Assembly (NCBI GenBank): GCA_964408705.1
Contig: CAYPAI010000002.1
Coordinates: 2,618-56,645, forward strand
Length of the DNA stretch: 54,028 nucleotides
Direction of reading: 5' to 3'
Origin: Candidatus Woesearchaeota archaeon
Lineage (GTDB): Archaea; Nanobdellota; Nanobdellia; SCGC-AAA011-G17; PNOQ01
Shown here one piece after another: positions 18,367-27,616 of this stretch. Both the position numbers and the translations under genes were made by a program. How positions within the stretch are numbered: position 1 is the first letter of the stretch; each line of letters opens with the position of its first letter. Under the pieces are notes generated by a model, which saw only the letters and a program-made list of their open reading frames with translations, did not search any database and had not been told where the DNA came from.

Positions 18367-18849
18367 ATGAAAACTATCATAGTTACAGGTTCTGTTAGTT
18401 CTGGAAAAACAACACTATCTAAAAAATTATCTAAAAAACTTGAGTTTAAGTATGTAGATATTAATATTTTAATAAAGAATAATAAAATTTATGAAAAATA
18501 TGATAGAAAAAATAAGTGTTATATTGTGGATATCCCTAAACTGAACAAGTTCTTAATTGATTTAATCAATAAATCTGAAGAAAATTTAATATTAGACTCG
18601 CATCTTAGTCATTACTTGCCTAAAAGTTATGTTGATATCTGTATAGTTACAGTGTGTGATATAGATATTCTTAGTAAAAGATTAAAAAAAAGAAAATATT
18701 CTAAAAATAAAATTTCAGATAATCTTGAAGCTGAAATTTTTAAGTATTGTTTACTTGAATCTAAAAAAAATAAACATAATGTTTTAGTTGTGGATGCTTC
18801 TAAAAGAGTAGAGCTGAAAGGAATTCTAAATTTTATAAAAAAAAATTAG
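18367..18849 (+). CDS. atypical adenylate kinase (AK6/Fap7/AdkA family)
   Basis: VTGSVSSGKTT, LDSHLSH, RLKKRKYSKNKISDNLEAEI. Confidence 0.85.
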   Translation: MKTIIVTGSVSSGKTTLSKKLSKKLEFKYVDINILIKNNKIYEKYDRKNKCYIVDIPKLNKFLIDLINKSEENLILDSHLSHYLPKSYVDICIVTVCDIDILSKRLKKRKYSKNKISDNLEAEIFKYCLLESKKNKHNVLVVDASKRVELKGILNFIKKN

Positions 18850-19158
18850 TTATGAACAAAATTCTATCCTGATTTTATTATCTTCTGGACCATAGAAAGA
18901 TACTCTAACCTTGCCAAATTTATAATAATTTGGTGAATAACCCTCAAATAATTCTCTATTCCCATCTATATTTATTATTGCTAAGTCCATGTGTTCAGAT
19001 TCTAAATATACTTTATGATTGTCTTGCATACTTATTTGTTCTCTACTATCTAACTCATATTCACTACACAGTTCAGGAGAATATTCTTCATTTTGATTAA
19101 CTAAGTATAATCCAATTGTAATAGATAATATTAGTGCCATTAAATATTGTTTTTTCAT
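18850..19158 (-). CDS. hypothetical membrane-anchored protein
   Basis: N-terminal hydrophobic anchor with a small soluble domain. Confidence 0.65.
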   Translation of the reverse strand: MKKQYLMALILSITIGLYLVNQNEEYSPELCSEYELDSREQISMQDNHKVYLESEHMDLAIINIDGNRELFEGYSPNYYKFGKVRVSFYGPEDNKIRIEFCS

Positions 19159-19254
19159 ATTTTGATGTTTTAATCTATAAGTTTAAAAAATTTGTTATTA
19201 TCTTAATAAACTTAGAAGTTAATCTTTTAAAGTTATACTTACATAATAAAATTT

Positions 19255-19746
19255 ATGACTCAACTAGTTTTTACCCAAGATAAATCTTTTGAAAATAAAT
19301 TAAATATCAAAACTAGGAAAATAGAATTAATAAAAAGTGGTATGTCTCAAATTAGGAATAAAATACAAAAAGAAGATAATTTAGTTGTAGTGTTGGGTGG
19401 TGAAGATAGTGTCAATAGATTTGCTGTCGAAAATAAAAAAGTTGATATCCTTTTGAGTCCTGAAAATAATAACAAAAGAGATTTTCTATTTTTTAGAAAT
19501 TCTGGACTAAACCAAGTGTTATGTAAGTTTGCGCATAAAAATAATGTTGCAATTGGTTTTAATTTTTCAGATTTATTAGACTTAAACTCTACTCAACGCT
19601 CTAAAGTCTTAGCAAGAATGGCTCAAAATGTTAAATTATGTAAAAAATATGATGTTAAAATGATTTTTTCTACTTTTGCAAATGATAAGTATTATTTGAG
19701 AAGTGATACAATTTTAGCTAGTTTTGCAAAAATATTAGGAATTTAG
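19255..19746 (+). CDS. rnp3: RNase P protein Rpp30 (short form)
   Basis: NRFAVENKKVDILL, GLNQVLCKFAHKNNVAIGFNFS, N..LC.KY; position upstream of pop5-psmA. Confidence 0.88.
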   Translation: MTQLVFTQDKSFENKLNIKTRKIELIKSGMSQIRNKIQKEDNLVVVLGGEDSVNRFAVENKKVDILLSPENNNKRDFLFFRNSGLNQVLCKFAHKNNVAIGFNFSDLLDLNSTQRSKVLARMAQNVKLCKKYDVKMIFSTFANDKYYLRSDTILASFAKILGI

Positions 19747-19792
19747 TGGAAAGATTTATATACATTGTAACTCAAGAGTTAACTTTAAAAAA

Positions 19793-20299
19793 ATGTATGA
19801 CGATATTAAAGTAAATTTTTCAAAACCTATGTTGATTCTTAAAATAAGAGAAGCATATAAGGCACCTTATCATAAAAATAAGTTTATTTCTATGAATAAA
19901 AACAATTGTTCTAGTTTAGCTGAATTCAAAAAGTTTATGCATCAGTTTACTGGAAATTGGTCAAGCGGAAGTTATGATATTCAATTTGTGTTTAAACAGG
20001 GTAACTACACTCAAAATACTATTTATTCTACTCTTGTCAGAATAGATGTTAGAGAGGGTAAAGTTGTAAAACTTTGGAAAAACTCACCATATACAAAAAA
20101 ATTATATTCAATTTGGGAAATTTTTAGAGAATTTAGGAATAAGAAAAAAAATCTTAAGGAAAAACTAGTTAAGAAAGTTGTTAAAAAGAAAGTTGTCAAA
20201 AAGAAACTAGTTAAAAAGAAACCAGTTAAAAAGAAACTAGTTAAAAAGAAACCAGTTAAAAAGAAACCAGTTAAAAAGAAACCAGTTAAAAAGAAATAA
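19793..20299 (+). CDS. hypothetical protein with histone-H1-like Lys-rich tail
   Basis: About 115-aa globular part followed by (VKKKx)8. Confidence 0.7.
   Translation: MYDDIKVNFSKPMLILKIREAYKAPYHKNKFISMNKNNCSSLAEFKKFMHQFTGNWSSGSYDIQFVFKQGNYTQNTIYSTLVRIDVREGKVVKLWKNSPYTKKLYSIWEIFREFRNKKKNLKEKLVKKVVKKKVVKKKLVKKKPVKKKLVKKKPVKKKPVKKKPVKKK
20180..20296 (+). repeat. 15-nt coding tandem repeat GTTAAAAAGAAACCA/CTA (VKKKP/L), about 8 units
   Basis: Units start at 20180, 20195, 20210, 20225, 20240, 20255, 20270 and 20285. Confidence 0.95.
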
Positions 20300-20381
20300 T
20301 AGAAACTTTTATAAAAAAGAATTTATGCACTATATTGTCGATAGAGAGATAGATAAAAGTTATCTTCTCAAGGTTTAAAAT

Positions 20382-20735
20382 ATGAAGCCTTTATTACCAA
20401 GTTTAAGAGAGAAAAAACGGTATGTTGTTTTTGAAATCATAGGGAGTAATTTTCATAAAAAAAAGGCAGAAAAAGATATCATATCTAATATTCTTGGTTT
20501 CATTGGAGAATTAGGATTCTCAAGGGCTAATATAAGATTAATCGATGATTGTTGGGTAAAAAATAAAGGAATAATTAGGGTAAATGTTAAATACTTAGAT
20601 GAATTAAAATTTTCACTAGGTTTGATAAAAAAAATAGATAACAAAAAAGTAATAGTTAATGTTATTGGAGTGTCTGGAATATTAAAAAAGGCTAAAATTA
20701 AATTTATGGAGGAATTAAAGAATGCAACAAAATAG
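20382..20735 (+). CDS. rnp2: RNase P protein Pop5 (Rpp14/Pop5 family)
   Basis: MKPLLPSLREKKRYVVFEI, GIIRV, VIGVSGILKKA. Confidence 0.93.
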   Translation: MKPLLPSLREKKRYVVFEIIGSNFHKKKAEKDIISNILGFIGELGFSRANIRLIDDCWVKNKGIIRVNVKYLDELKFSLGLIKKIDNKKVIVNVIGVSGILKKAKIKFMEELKNATK

Positions 20736-21444
20736 TGCTGCTGCACATCAAATGATGGGATACGATAGATCTAGTATGTTTAGTCCTGATGGTAGGCTTC
20801 TTCAGGTGGAATATGCTAAAAAAACTGTAAAACAAGGTACTTCAATAATTGGTATATCTTGTAAGGAAGGTGTTTTACTTCTTGCAGATAGAAGAACTTT
20901 AGATAAATTGATGGTAGTAGGAAGTGTTGAAAAAGTATTTCAAATAGATGATCATATTGCTTCTGCTGCGGCAGGTATTGTTAGTGATGGTAGAATTTTA
21001 ATAGAAAAAGCACAATTATTGGCTCAGCAACATAGAGTTACTTATGATTCACCAATTGATATATACAGTTTAGTAAAAGAAATATGTAATGTGAAACAAA
21101 CATATACTCAATATGGTGGTGCTAGGCCTTTTGGAGTTTCTTTATTAATTATTGGCGTAGATTCAAAACCAAGATTATTTCTAACAGACCCTACTGGGAT
21201 ACAATGGGAATATAAAGCTACAGCAATTGGTGAATCGGAAGACGAGTTAAAAGAAATTTTATCTAGAGCTTATAAAGAAAATATGAGTTTGGATGATGCT
21301 ACTAACTTGGCTTTAAATTCATTAAAAACGGTACTCTCTAAAAATTTTAGTTTGGATAGATTAGATGGAGGATATATTCGAATTAAGGATAAGAAATTTA
21401 CTAGAATTTCAAAAGATTATCTTAAAAAATGTCTTAAAAAATGA
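20722..21444 (+). CDS. psmA: proteasome alpha subunit
   Basis: [39 protein letters not shown]. Confidence 0.97.
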   Translation: MQQNSAAAHQMMGYDRSSMFSPDGRLLQVEYAKKTVKQGTSIIGISCKEGVLLLADRRTLDKLMVVGSVEKVFQIDDHIASAAAGIVSDGRILIEKAQLLAQQHRVTYDSPIDIYSLVKEICNVKQTYTQYGGARPFGVSLLIIGVDSKPRLFLTDPTGIQWEYKATAIGESEDELKEILSRAYKENMSLDDATNLALNSLKTVLSKNFSLDRLDGGYIRIKDKKFTRISKDYLKKCLKK

Positions 21445-22136
21445 CTGACGTATCATCATCTGTAATTGCAAAATTGAAAAGAAAGGATCACTTATTTGAA
21501 ATTCTTGTAGATTGTGAAAAGGCTATGGATTTTAAGAAAGGTGTTGTTTCTTTAGATGAAGCAGTTGTAACGACAGATATCTTTAAAGATGTAAAAAAGG
21601 GAGAACATGCTTCTGAAAATGACCTTAAAGATATATTTGGAACAGTTGATAACTCAAAAATTATTGAAATAATTCTAAAAGAAGGAGAAATTCAGTTAAC
21701 TACAGAATATAAGAATAAATTAAGAGAGAAAAAAAGAAAAAAAATAATAAATCTTATATCAAGAAATTCTGTTGATCCTAAAACGAATCTACCTCATCCT
21801 CCTCAAAGAATTGAAAACGCTTTGGAAGAAGCTAAAATTAATATAAGTGAGTTTAAAAGTGCAGATGAACAAGTAAAGGATATAGTAAAGAATATAACTC
21901 AAGTATTACCTATAAAATATGAAATTAAAGTTCTTTCTATAAAAATACCTGCAGATGTGACTGGACAAAGTTACCCTATTTTAAAGAGATTTGCAAACAT
22001 TCTTAAAGAGGACTGGCTTAACGATGGTTCATTAAATGTTACTGCAGAAGTTCCAGCTGGACTACAAAATGAACTTTTTGATAAGTTAAACAGTTTAGCA
22101 CAAGGTAGAATAGAAGTTATGGATATTATAAAATAA
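21441..22136 (+). CDS. ribosome maturation factor SBDS/SDO1
   Basis: [41 protein letters not shown]. Confidence 0.96.
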   Translation: MTDVSSSVIAKLKRKDHLFEILVDCEKAMDFKKGVVSLDEAVVTTDIFKDVKKGEHASENDLKDIFGTVDNSKIIEIILKEGEIQLTTEYKNKLREKKRKKIINLISRNSVDPKTNLPHPPQRIENALEEAKINISEFKSADEQVKDIVKNITQVLPIKYEIKVLSIKIPADVTGQSYPILKRFANILKEDWLNDGSLNVTAEVPAGLQNELFDKLNSLAQGRIEVMDIIK

Positions 22137-22153
22137 TAAGGAGAAAAAATAAA

Positions 22154-22840
22154 ATGAGTAAAATATTAGCAAAAGAAGGAGAAATTGTGGTACCTGGAGA
22201 AGATTTAGCAAAAGGTATTGATTATTTGCCTGGTAAAGGCACATATAGGGAAGGAGAAGAAATTTTATCTTCAGTAATAGGATTATTTAGGTTAGATGGA
22301 AGACTTACAAAAGTTATACCTCTCTCAGGAAAATATATTCCAAAAAGAAATGATATGGTGATTGGAAAAATAGTTGATGTTATGACAGGAGGATGGAGAC
22401 TGGACATAGGTTATCCTTTTAATGCAGGAATATCTCTAAGAGATGCTTCAAGAGATTTTATACCAAATGATGCCAACTTAAGAGATTATTATGATATAGG
22501 AGATTTGGTAGTTGGAAAAATTACAAATATGAAAGGTCCTAAAATAACAGATATTTCTATGACTCTCCCAGGGTGTAGGAAACTTATGGGTGGTAGAATT
22601 ATTAAAGTTGAATCTTCAAGAGTTCCAAGAATTATAGGGAAGGAAGGAAGTATGATATCAATGATTAAAACTTCGACTGGATGTAATATAACTGTTGGAC
22701 AAAATGGTTTGGCTTGGATTTCTGGACCAACTCCAGAAAAAGAACATGAAGCAGTTAAAGCTATATTAAAAGTTAATGACGAAGCTCCTTCAAAGGGGTT
22801 AACTGAAAAAATAAAGAAATTTTTAGAGGGAAAGAAATAA
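22154..22840 (+). CDS. rrp4: exosome RNA-binding subunit Rrp4
   Basis: VVPGE, YIPKRNDMVIG S1 domain, RVPRIIGKEGSMI KH domain, VGQNGLAWI. Confidence 0.95.
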   Translation: MSKILAKEGEIVVPGEDLAKGIDYLPGKGTYREGEEILSSVIGLFRLDGRLTKVIPLSGKYIPKRNDMVIGKIVDVMTGGWRLDIGYPFNAGISLRDASRDFIPNDANLRDYYDIGDLVVGKITNMKGPKITDISMTLPGCRKLMGGRIIKVESSRVPRIIGKEGSMISMIKTSTGCNITVGQNGLAWISGPTPEKEHEAVKAILKVNDEAPSKGLTEKIKKFLEGKK

Positions 22841-22841
22841 A

Positions 22842-23537
22842 ATGGCATATAATAAAAGATTCGACGGTAGAAAATTTGATGAAGTTAGAGAATTAGAAGC
22901 CAAAGTAGGTGTTGTTAAAAGAGCTAATGGAAGTGCAATGTTTAGAATGGGTAAGACTATAGCTATTGCTGCAGTATATGGCCCAAGAGAATTATTTCCT
23001 AGTTTTTTACAAAATCCGACTAAAGGTAGATTAAATTGTGTTTATGATCTTTTGAGCTTTTCAGTGGAAGATAGAAAGAGGCCAGGTCCTTCTAGGAGAA
23101 GTACTGAAGTCTCTTTAGTTATTAGAAACTCACTTGAAGCTTCAGTTGATTTGACAAAATATCCTCTTACAGGGGTAGATATATATGTATATATCACTCA
23201 AGCAGATGCTGGTACTAGAACTGCAGCCATAAATGCTGCTTCATTAGCTTTAGCTGATGCAGGAATACCTATGAAGGATTTGGTAGCTTCTGTTGCAGTT
23301 GGAAAAGTTTCAGATAAAGTTTGTGTTGATCTAGATAAAGAAGAAGAAGATCATTCAGAAGGTGCTACAGATATGCCTGTTGCAATTATGCCTAAGAGTG
23401 GGAAAGTGACATTGCTCCAATTAGATGGAAATATGGCCCAAAAAGAGATAAATGAAGCTTTGAAAATGGCACAAAAAACTTGTAAAGAAATTAACAAAGT
23501 ACAAGTTAAAGCACTAAAGGAGAAATATAAGAAATAA
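22842..23537 (+). CDS. rrp41: exosome catalytic subunit Rrp41
   Basis: DGRKFDEVR, ANGSA, AVYGPRE, RPGPSRRSTE, QADAGTRTA, DMPVA. Confidence 0.96.
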   Translation: MAYNKRFDGRKFDEVRELEAKVGVVKRANGSAMFRMGKTIAIAAVYGPRELFPSFLQNPTKGRLNCVYDLLSFSVEDRKRPGPSRRSTEVSLVIRNSLEASVDLTKYPLTGVDIYVYITQADAGTRTAAINAASLALADAGIPMKDLVASVAVGKVSDKVCVDLDKEEEDHSEGATDMPVAIMPKSGKVTLLQLDGNMAQKEINEALKMAQKTCKEINKVQVKALKEKYKK

Positions 23538-23538
23538 A

Positions 23539-24303
23539 ATGGTAGATTACATTAAAACATTAGTTGATAAGGAAGTTAGAATTGATGGTAGAAAATTTGA
23601 TGAGTATAGAAAACCTGTAAAGATTGAATATGGTGTTTCTAGTAAGGCTGAAGGTTCTGCTAAAGCTATAATTGGTGATACTGAAGTTATAGCAGGTGTG
23701 AAATTTAAAGTTGGTGAACCTTACTCAGATAATCCTGATGAAGGAACTTTGATTACTACTGCAGAATTATTGCCTTTATCCTCTCCAGAGTATCTTCCTG
23801 GACCACCTAAAGAAAATGCTATAGAATTATCTAGGATAATAGACAGAGGGATAAGGGAATCCAAGATGATTGATATGAAAAAATTGTGTATCAGAAGTGG
23901 TGAGTTAGTTTGGACAGTTTTCTTAGATATTTATACTATAAATGATGATGGAAACTTGATAGATGCTGCAGCATTAGCAGCATTAGCAGCACTTAAGTCT
24001 GCAGTTTTACCTAAACTAGAAAATGATCAAATAATGTATGGTCAACTTACTAAAACAAAAGTCCCATTAAATGTTGTTCCAGTAACTTCTACAATTATAA
24101 AGATAGGTGATAAACTTATGGTAGATCCTTGTTTGGAAGAACAAGAAGCAATGCAAGCTAGACTAAGTGTAGGTGTTTCTGAAGAAGGAAATATTCATGC
24201 AATGCAGCTTGGAAGTATTGGAGGATTAACTCCTAATGAAGTTGATCAAGCAATAGGGATGGCAAAAAAAACTACTCGGATTCTAAGGAAGGCATTAAAA
24301 TGA
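23539..24303 (+). CDS. rrp42: exosome subunit Rrp42
   Basis: RIDGRKFDEYR, KAEGSA, GEPYSDNPDEG, IELSRIIDRGIRES, DDGNLIDA. Confidence 0.96.
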   Translation: MVDYIKTLVDKEVRIDGRKFDEYRKPVKIEYGVSSKAEGSAKAIIGDTEVIAGVKFKVGEPYSDNPDEGTLITTAELLPLSSPEYLPGPPKENAIELSRIIDRGIRESKMIDMKKLCIRSGELVWTVFLDIYTINDDGNLIDAAALAALAALKSAVLPKLENDQIMYGQLTKTKVPLNVVPVTSTIIKIGDKLMVDPCLEEQEAMQARLSVGVSEEGNIHAMQLGSIGGLTPNEVDQAIGMAKKTTRILRKALK

Positions 24304-24491
24304 AACTTACACAATATGAAAAGGCAAGAATTATTGGTGCAAGATCACTTCAGATTGCGATGGGTGCACCAATCTTGATTAAAATGAAGAAAGAAGATTA
24401 TGAAAGAGTTATGTATAATCCAATTAGAATAGCTAAAGAAGAACTTGAAAAGAATGTGCTTCCTATTACTATAAAGAAGCCTATGCCTTAA
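24300..24491 (+). CDS. rpoK: DNA-directed RNA polymerase subunit K (Rpo6)
   Basis: LTQYEKARIIGARSLQIAMGAP...ELEKNVLPITI. Confidence 0.95.
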   Translation: MKLTQYEKARIIGARSLQIAMGAPILIKMKKEDYERVMYNPIRIAKEELEKNVLPITIKKPMP

Positions 24492-24498
24492 TCATTTT

Positions 24499-25455
24499 TT
24501 AAATCTTTTTTATTCTTGGAAATTTAATTTTTGTTTGTTCTACTTCTGGCTTTTTTGTATTTTTTCCATCAAATAAACTTGGTTGTTGAATTTCTTCATT
24601 AATTTTTGGTTCTTCTTTTTTAACTGTATCTCTATAACATGCTACATTGTGCAAACAATACATACAGTGATTTCCTCTTCTAAGGCTGAAATCTCCACTA
24701 TCTATTGTTTTTTGAGATCTATCTATTGCATCAGTTAATTCTCTATAGTTTGTATCATTTCTATTTGCTCTAAATGTTTCCCCACTAAGCATGTGGTGGT
24801 ATTCTACAACTATATCTTCTAGTATGTAAGAATCTTTTGATTTTTTTAATTGTTCATCTGTCATTCCAATTTCTTGTCTAAACTTATCACTTTGTTTTGC
24901 TAATGATGTTACGGCTAAAGCATAAACTGTAAATTGATGGTTTGTATGTAAATTAATATCATCAGATTTATTTGGTTTTCTATATCCAGATTTATGATCT
25001 CTTATGACTAACCCATCTCTTATTTCATCTATAAATCCAGTATAAAGTCTTCCCTCTAGGTGAAATTTAAAAGGATATTCTACAAATATCGGGGGTTTAT
25101 CTTTTGAATATTTTTTGTATAATGTTTTACAAACTTCTCCTATCATGTTTTTTAATACATAGGGCTCACCATCATCTCTCCACTTAATATCTTGACCTCT
25201 ACATTTTCCTGTGTTTATATTAAATCTTTGCCACGTTGCTTTAGCTGAATTAGCAAAAGATTCTGCAGACTTATATTTAGGTGTTCCGTCTTTTTTATAG
25301 AATTTTTCTGCTTTTTTATGTAATAAAATTCCTGCAGCCATTACTCCTATTGTTGGAAACTTTTCTTTAGAAACATATTGATACCAATAAGCTTTTTTAC
25401 AAATTTCTATCTTATCTAATCTTGATGCACTCCAAAATATCTCATTGGATTTCAT
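24499..25455 (-). CDS. PD-(D/E)XK nuclease, RecB/AddB/Cas4-like, with putative Fe-S staple
   Basis: WSASRL...C (C12), G..LH, GFIDEI...IRDHKSG, Q..VYAL, C-terminal CMYCLHNVAC. Confidence 0.85.
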   Translation of the reverse strand: MKSNEIFWSASRLDKIEICKKAYWYQYVSKEKFPTIGVMAAGILLHKKAEKFYKKDGTPKYKSAESFANSAKATWQRFNINTGKCRGQDIKWRDDGEPYVLKNMIGEVCKTLYKKYSKDKPPIFVEYPFKFHLEGRLYTGFIDEIRDGLVIRDHKSGYRKPNKSDDINLHTNHQFTVYALAVTSLAKQSDKFRQEIGMTDEQLKKSKDSYILEDIVVEYHHMLSGETFRANRNDTNYRELTDAIDRSQKTIDSGDFSLRRGNHCMYCLHNVACYRDTVKKEEPKINEEIQQPSLFDGKNTKKPEVEQTKIKFPRIKKI

Positions 25456-25480
25456 AATATTGGTAAGTTATATTAACTTA

Positions 25481-25783
25481 TTAAGATATAGGAGTTATAT
25501 CTAAAGAATTTATATTTCCTAAACTTATTACATCTATCTCAAATAAATTATCGCCAAATAATAGCCTTTTCTCAATAGTGTTTGTTCCTTTTGATCCAAA
25601 GATATCTATTCTTGCCTCTATATCTTTAAATCCATTAGTTATTAATATTGAACTTTTCTGAGCGTCATACTCGTAAGTAAACATTCCAGAAGTCTGAATA
25701 TGTGTAGTATCACTAGCTGTGAGAATAAATAATAATAACAAAATTGAAATTATTATTAAGCTTGGCCCTATTATCTTTTTCAT
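25481..25783 (-). CDS. hypothetical membrane-anchored/secreted protein
   Basis: MKKIIGPSLIIISILLLLFIL signal/anchor; ATG 25783 preferred over 25813. Confidence 0.65.
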   Translation of the reverse strand: MKKIIGPSLIIISILLLLFILTASDTTHIQTSGMFTYEYDAQKSSILITNGFKDIEARIDIFGSKGTNTIEKRLLFGDNLFEIDVISLGNINSLDITPIS

Positions 25784-25832
25784 TTTACAATATTTATTAC
25801 TATATAGTAACAAATATTGTTTATAAGTATTT

Positions 25833-25955
25833 CTATTTAAGATAGCCTAGCATAAACCCTTCTTCTTCACTAGAGATCTCATCATTTTCCTCTAATTTAT
25901 CTAAAAACATCTCATTATAGATGTCTTTTTCTTCTAAAAGGTTCTCTTCATACAT
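25833..25955 (-). CDS. small acidic protein, 40 aa (DEISxEExGFMxGY family, copy 1)
   Basis: Manually translated: MYEENLLEEKDIYNEMFLDKLEENDEISSEEEGFMLGYLK; SD GAGGTG upstream; paralog at 49056-49199. Confidence 0.8.
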   Translation of the reverse strand: MYEENLLEEKDIYNEMFLDKLEENDEISSEEEGFMLGYLK

Positions 25956-26167
25956 ATTTTCCACCTCGTTGTTTTTTAACCTAATACTAGAAAATAGTTA
26001 AGACCTAAATTGTTAGTAGAACATCCCTTACCACTATAAATTTAAGTCAAAACCAAAAATCTATAATGTATAAGGTTTATTTGTGATGAATCTGACTAGT
26101 AAGATTTTACTAATTACGTTTTTAATCTTATTAGATTGATTCATGTTTAGTTAAATGGCTTATCTTG

Positions 26168-26212
26168 TATATAAATATTAGTGTGTTTTACTTGAATCGA
26201 AACACTTATATA
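26168..26212. promoter_or_regulatory. back-to-back TATA boxes
   Basis: Minus-strand TTTATATA at 26168-26175; plus-strand CTTATATA at 26205-26212 preceded by CGAAA. Confidence 0.5.
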
Positions 26213-26329
26213 TGGGTCTCCTTGATTAAAACTTAAGTATTATTTATTAGATGAGAGAGAGCACTTGAATAACCATTTAGCTTTTTCTAAAAATATTATA
26301 ATATTATAAGTTAGTACGAGGTATAAAAT

Positions 26330-27616
26330 ATGTTTAACAAATTAGGATTAAGTAACGAGCTTTTTTCAACCATAGAGGGTTTGAAATTTACAAAGCCGAC
26401 AGAGATACAACAAAAATCAATTCCTTATATATTGGAAGGTAAGGATGTAATTGGTGCTTCAGCCACTGGTTCAGGTAAAACTTTGGCCTTTGGTTGCGGT
26501 ATTATAGAGAACACATTATCTAGGAAAGGATTACAATCATTAGTTCTTGTTCCGACTAGGGAGCTTGCAGAACAAGTTAAAGATTCTTTAGTTCAATTGT
26601 CTTATAATAGGAATGTTGATGTTACAGCGATTTACGGAGGGGTTTCAATAAATCCTCAAATTAGGAAATTACGTAAATCTGAAGTTGTTGTTGCAACTCC
26701 TGGAAGACTATTAGATCATCTTGAAAGAAAAACTATTGATCTTTCTAATATTAAAATTTTAGTTATGGATGAAGCAGACAGAATGTTTGATATGGGATTT
26801 ATTGAAGATGTTGAAAAAATTATTCAAAATTGTCCAAAACAGAAACAATCGTTATTTTTTTCTGCAACTTTATCTGGAGAAATGAATTATTTATCAAAAA
26901 AATACATGAAGGACCCAACGATAGTATCTGCCATTAAACATGTTGATCCTAGTAAATTGAAACAAGTTTATTATGATATATCTAAAAATAAAAAATTAAG
27001 TTTAATTATTCACTTATTGAAAGAAGATAAAGTTGGACAAGCAATGGTTTTCTGTAATACCAGAAGAACTACTGATTTTGTAGTTAAAAATCTTAAAAAT
27101 AATGGTGTAAAAGCTACCTCTCTTCATGGTGGTTTATCTCAAAATAGAAGAACTGGCGTTATAAAATCTTTTGATAGAGGAGAAGTATTTGCATTAGTTT
27201 GTACAGATGTTGCAGCTAGGGGATTACACATAGATAATGTATCACACATATATAATTATGAAATTCCTCTAGACCCTAAAGACTATGTCCATAGGATTGG
27301 TAGGACCGCTAGAGCTGGAGAAGAAGGGGAAGCAATTAATTTGTTATCAAATAATGATTTTGATAATTTCTCAAAAGTAATGCATAACTATCGTGATTTT
27401 AAAATATCAAAAGAAGAAACACCATTTGTTAAAGACATTAAGGCTCAAAAAGTAGACCTTCCTTCGAGAAATAGGTCACCAAGAAAAAGAAGTTTCAATA
27501 AGGGTAAACCTTTCAATAAGGGTAAACCTAGTTGGAAAGGTAAATCTTCTTGGAAGAACAAAAGTAATAATAAAAAGCCATTTAGAAGATCTTCACAAAG
27601 ATTAGTGACATATTAA
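26330..27616 (+). CDS. DEAD-box RNA helicase (DeaD/CshA-like)
   Basis: PTEIQ, ATGSGKT, PTRELA, GG, TPGR, DEAD, SAT, ARGL, YVHRIGRTARAG; basic C-terminal tail. Confidence 0.96.
   Translation: MFNKLGLSNELFSTIEGLKFTKPTEIQQKSIPYILEGKDVIGASATGSGKTLAFGCGIIENTLSRKGLQSLVLVPTRELAEQVKDSLVQLSYNRNVDVTAIYGGVSINPQIRKLRKSEVVVATPGRLLDHLERKTIDLSNIKILVMDEADRMFDMGFIEDVEKIIQNCPKQKQSLFFSATLSGEMNYLSKKYMKDPTIVSAIKHVDPSKLKQVYYDISKNKKLSLIIHLLKEDKVGQAMVFCNTRRTTDFVVKNLKNNGVKATSLHGGLSQNRRTGVIKSFDRGEVFALVCTDVAARGLHIDNVSHIYNYEIPLDPKDYVHRIGRTARAGEEGEAINLLSNNDFDNFSKVMHNYRDFKISKEETPFVKDIKAQKVDLPSRNRSPRKRSFNKGKPFNKGKPSWKGKSSWKNKSNNKKPFRRSSQRLVTY
27494..27529 (+). repeat. 18-nt tandem duplication TTCAATAAGGGTAAACCT (FNKGKP x2) in the helicase tail
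   Basis: Two exact adjacent copies, 27494-27511 and 27512-27529. Confidence 0.9.

Noticed and set aside
1-20299. 15-nt tandem repeats (1-71 and 20180-20296) as a possible CRISPR array
   Set aside because: No spacers, in-frame coding periodicity, and too short; no cas1/cas2 in the window
19255-20735. RNase P RNA or SRP RNA near rpp30/pop5
   Set aside because: The intergenic gaps are short and AT-rich, with no GC-rich structured segment or P4 consensus
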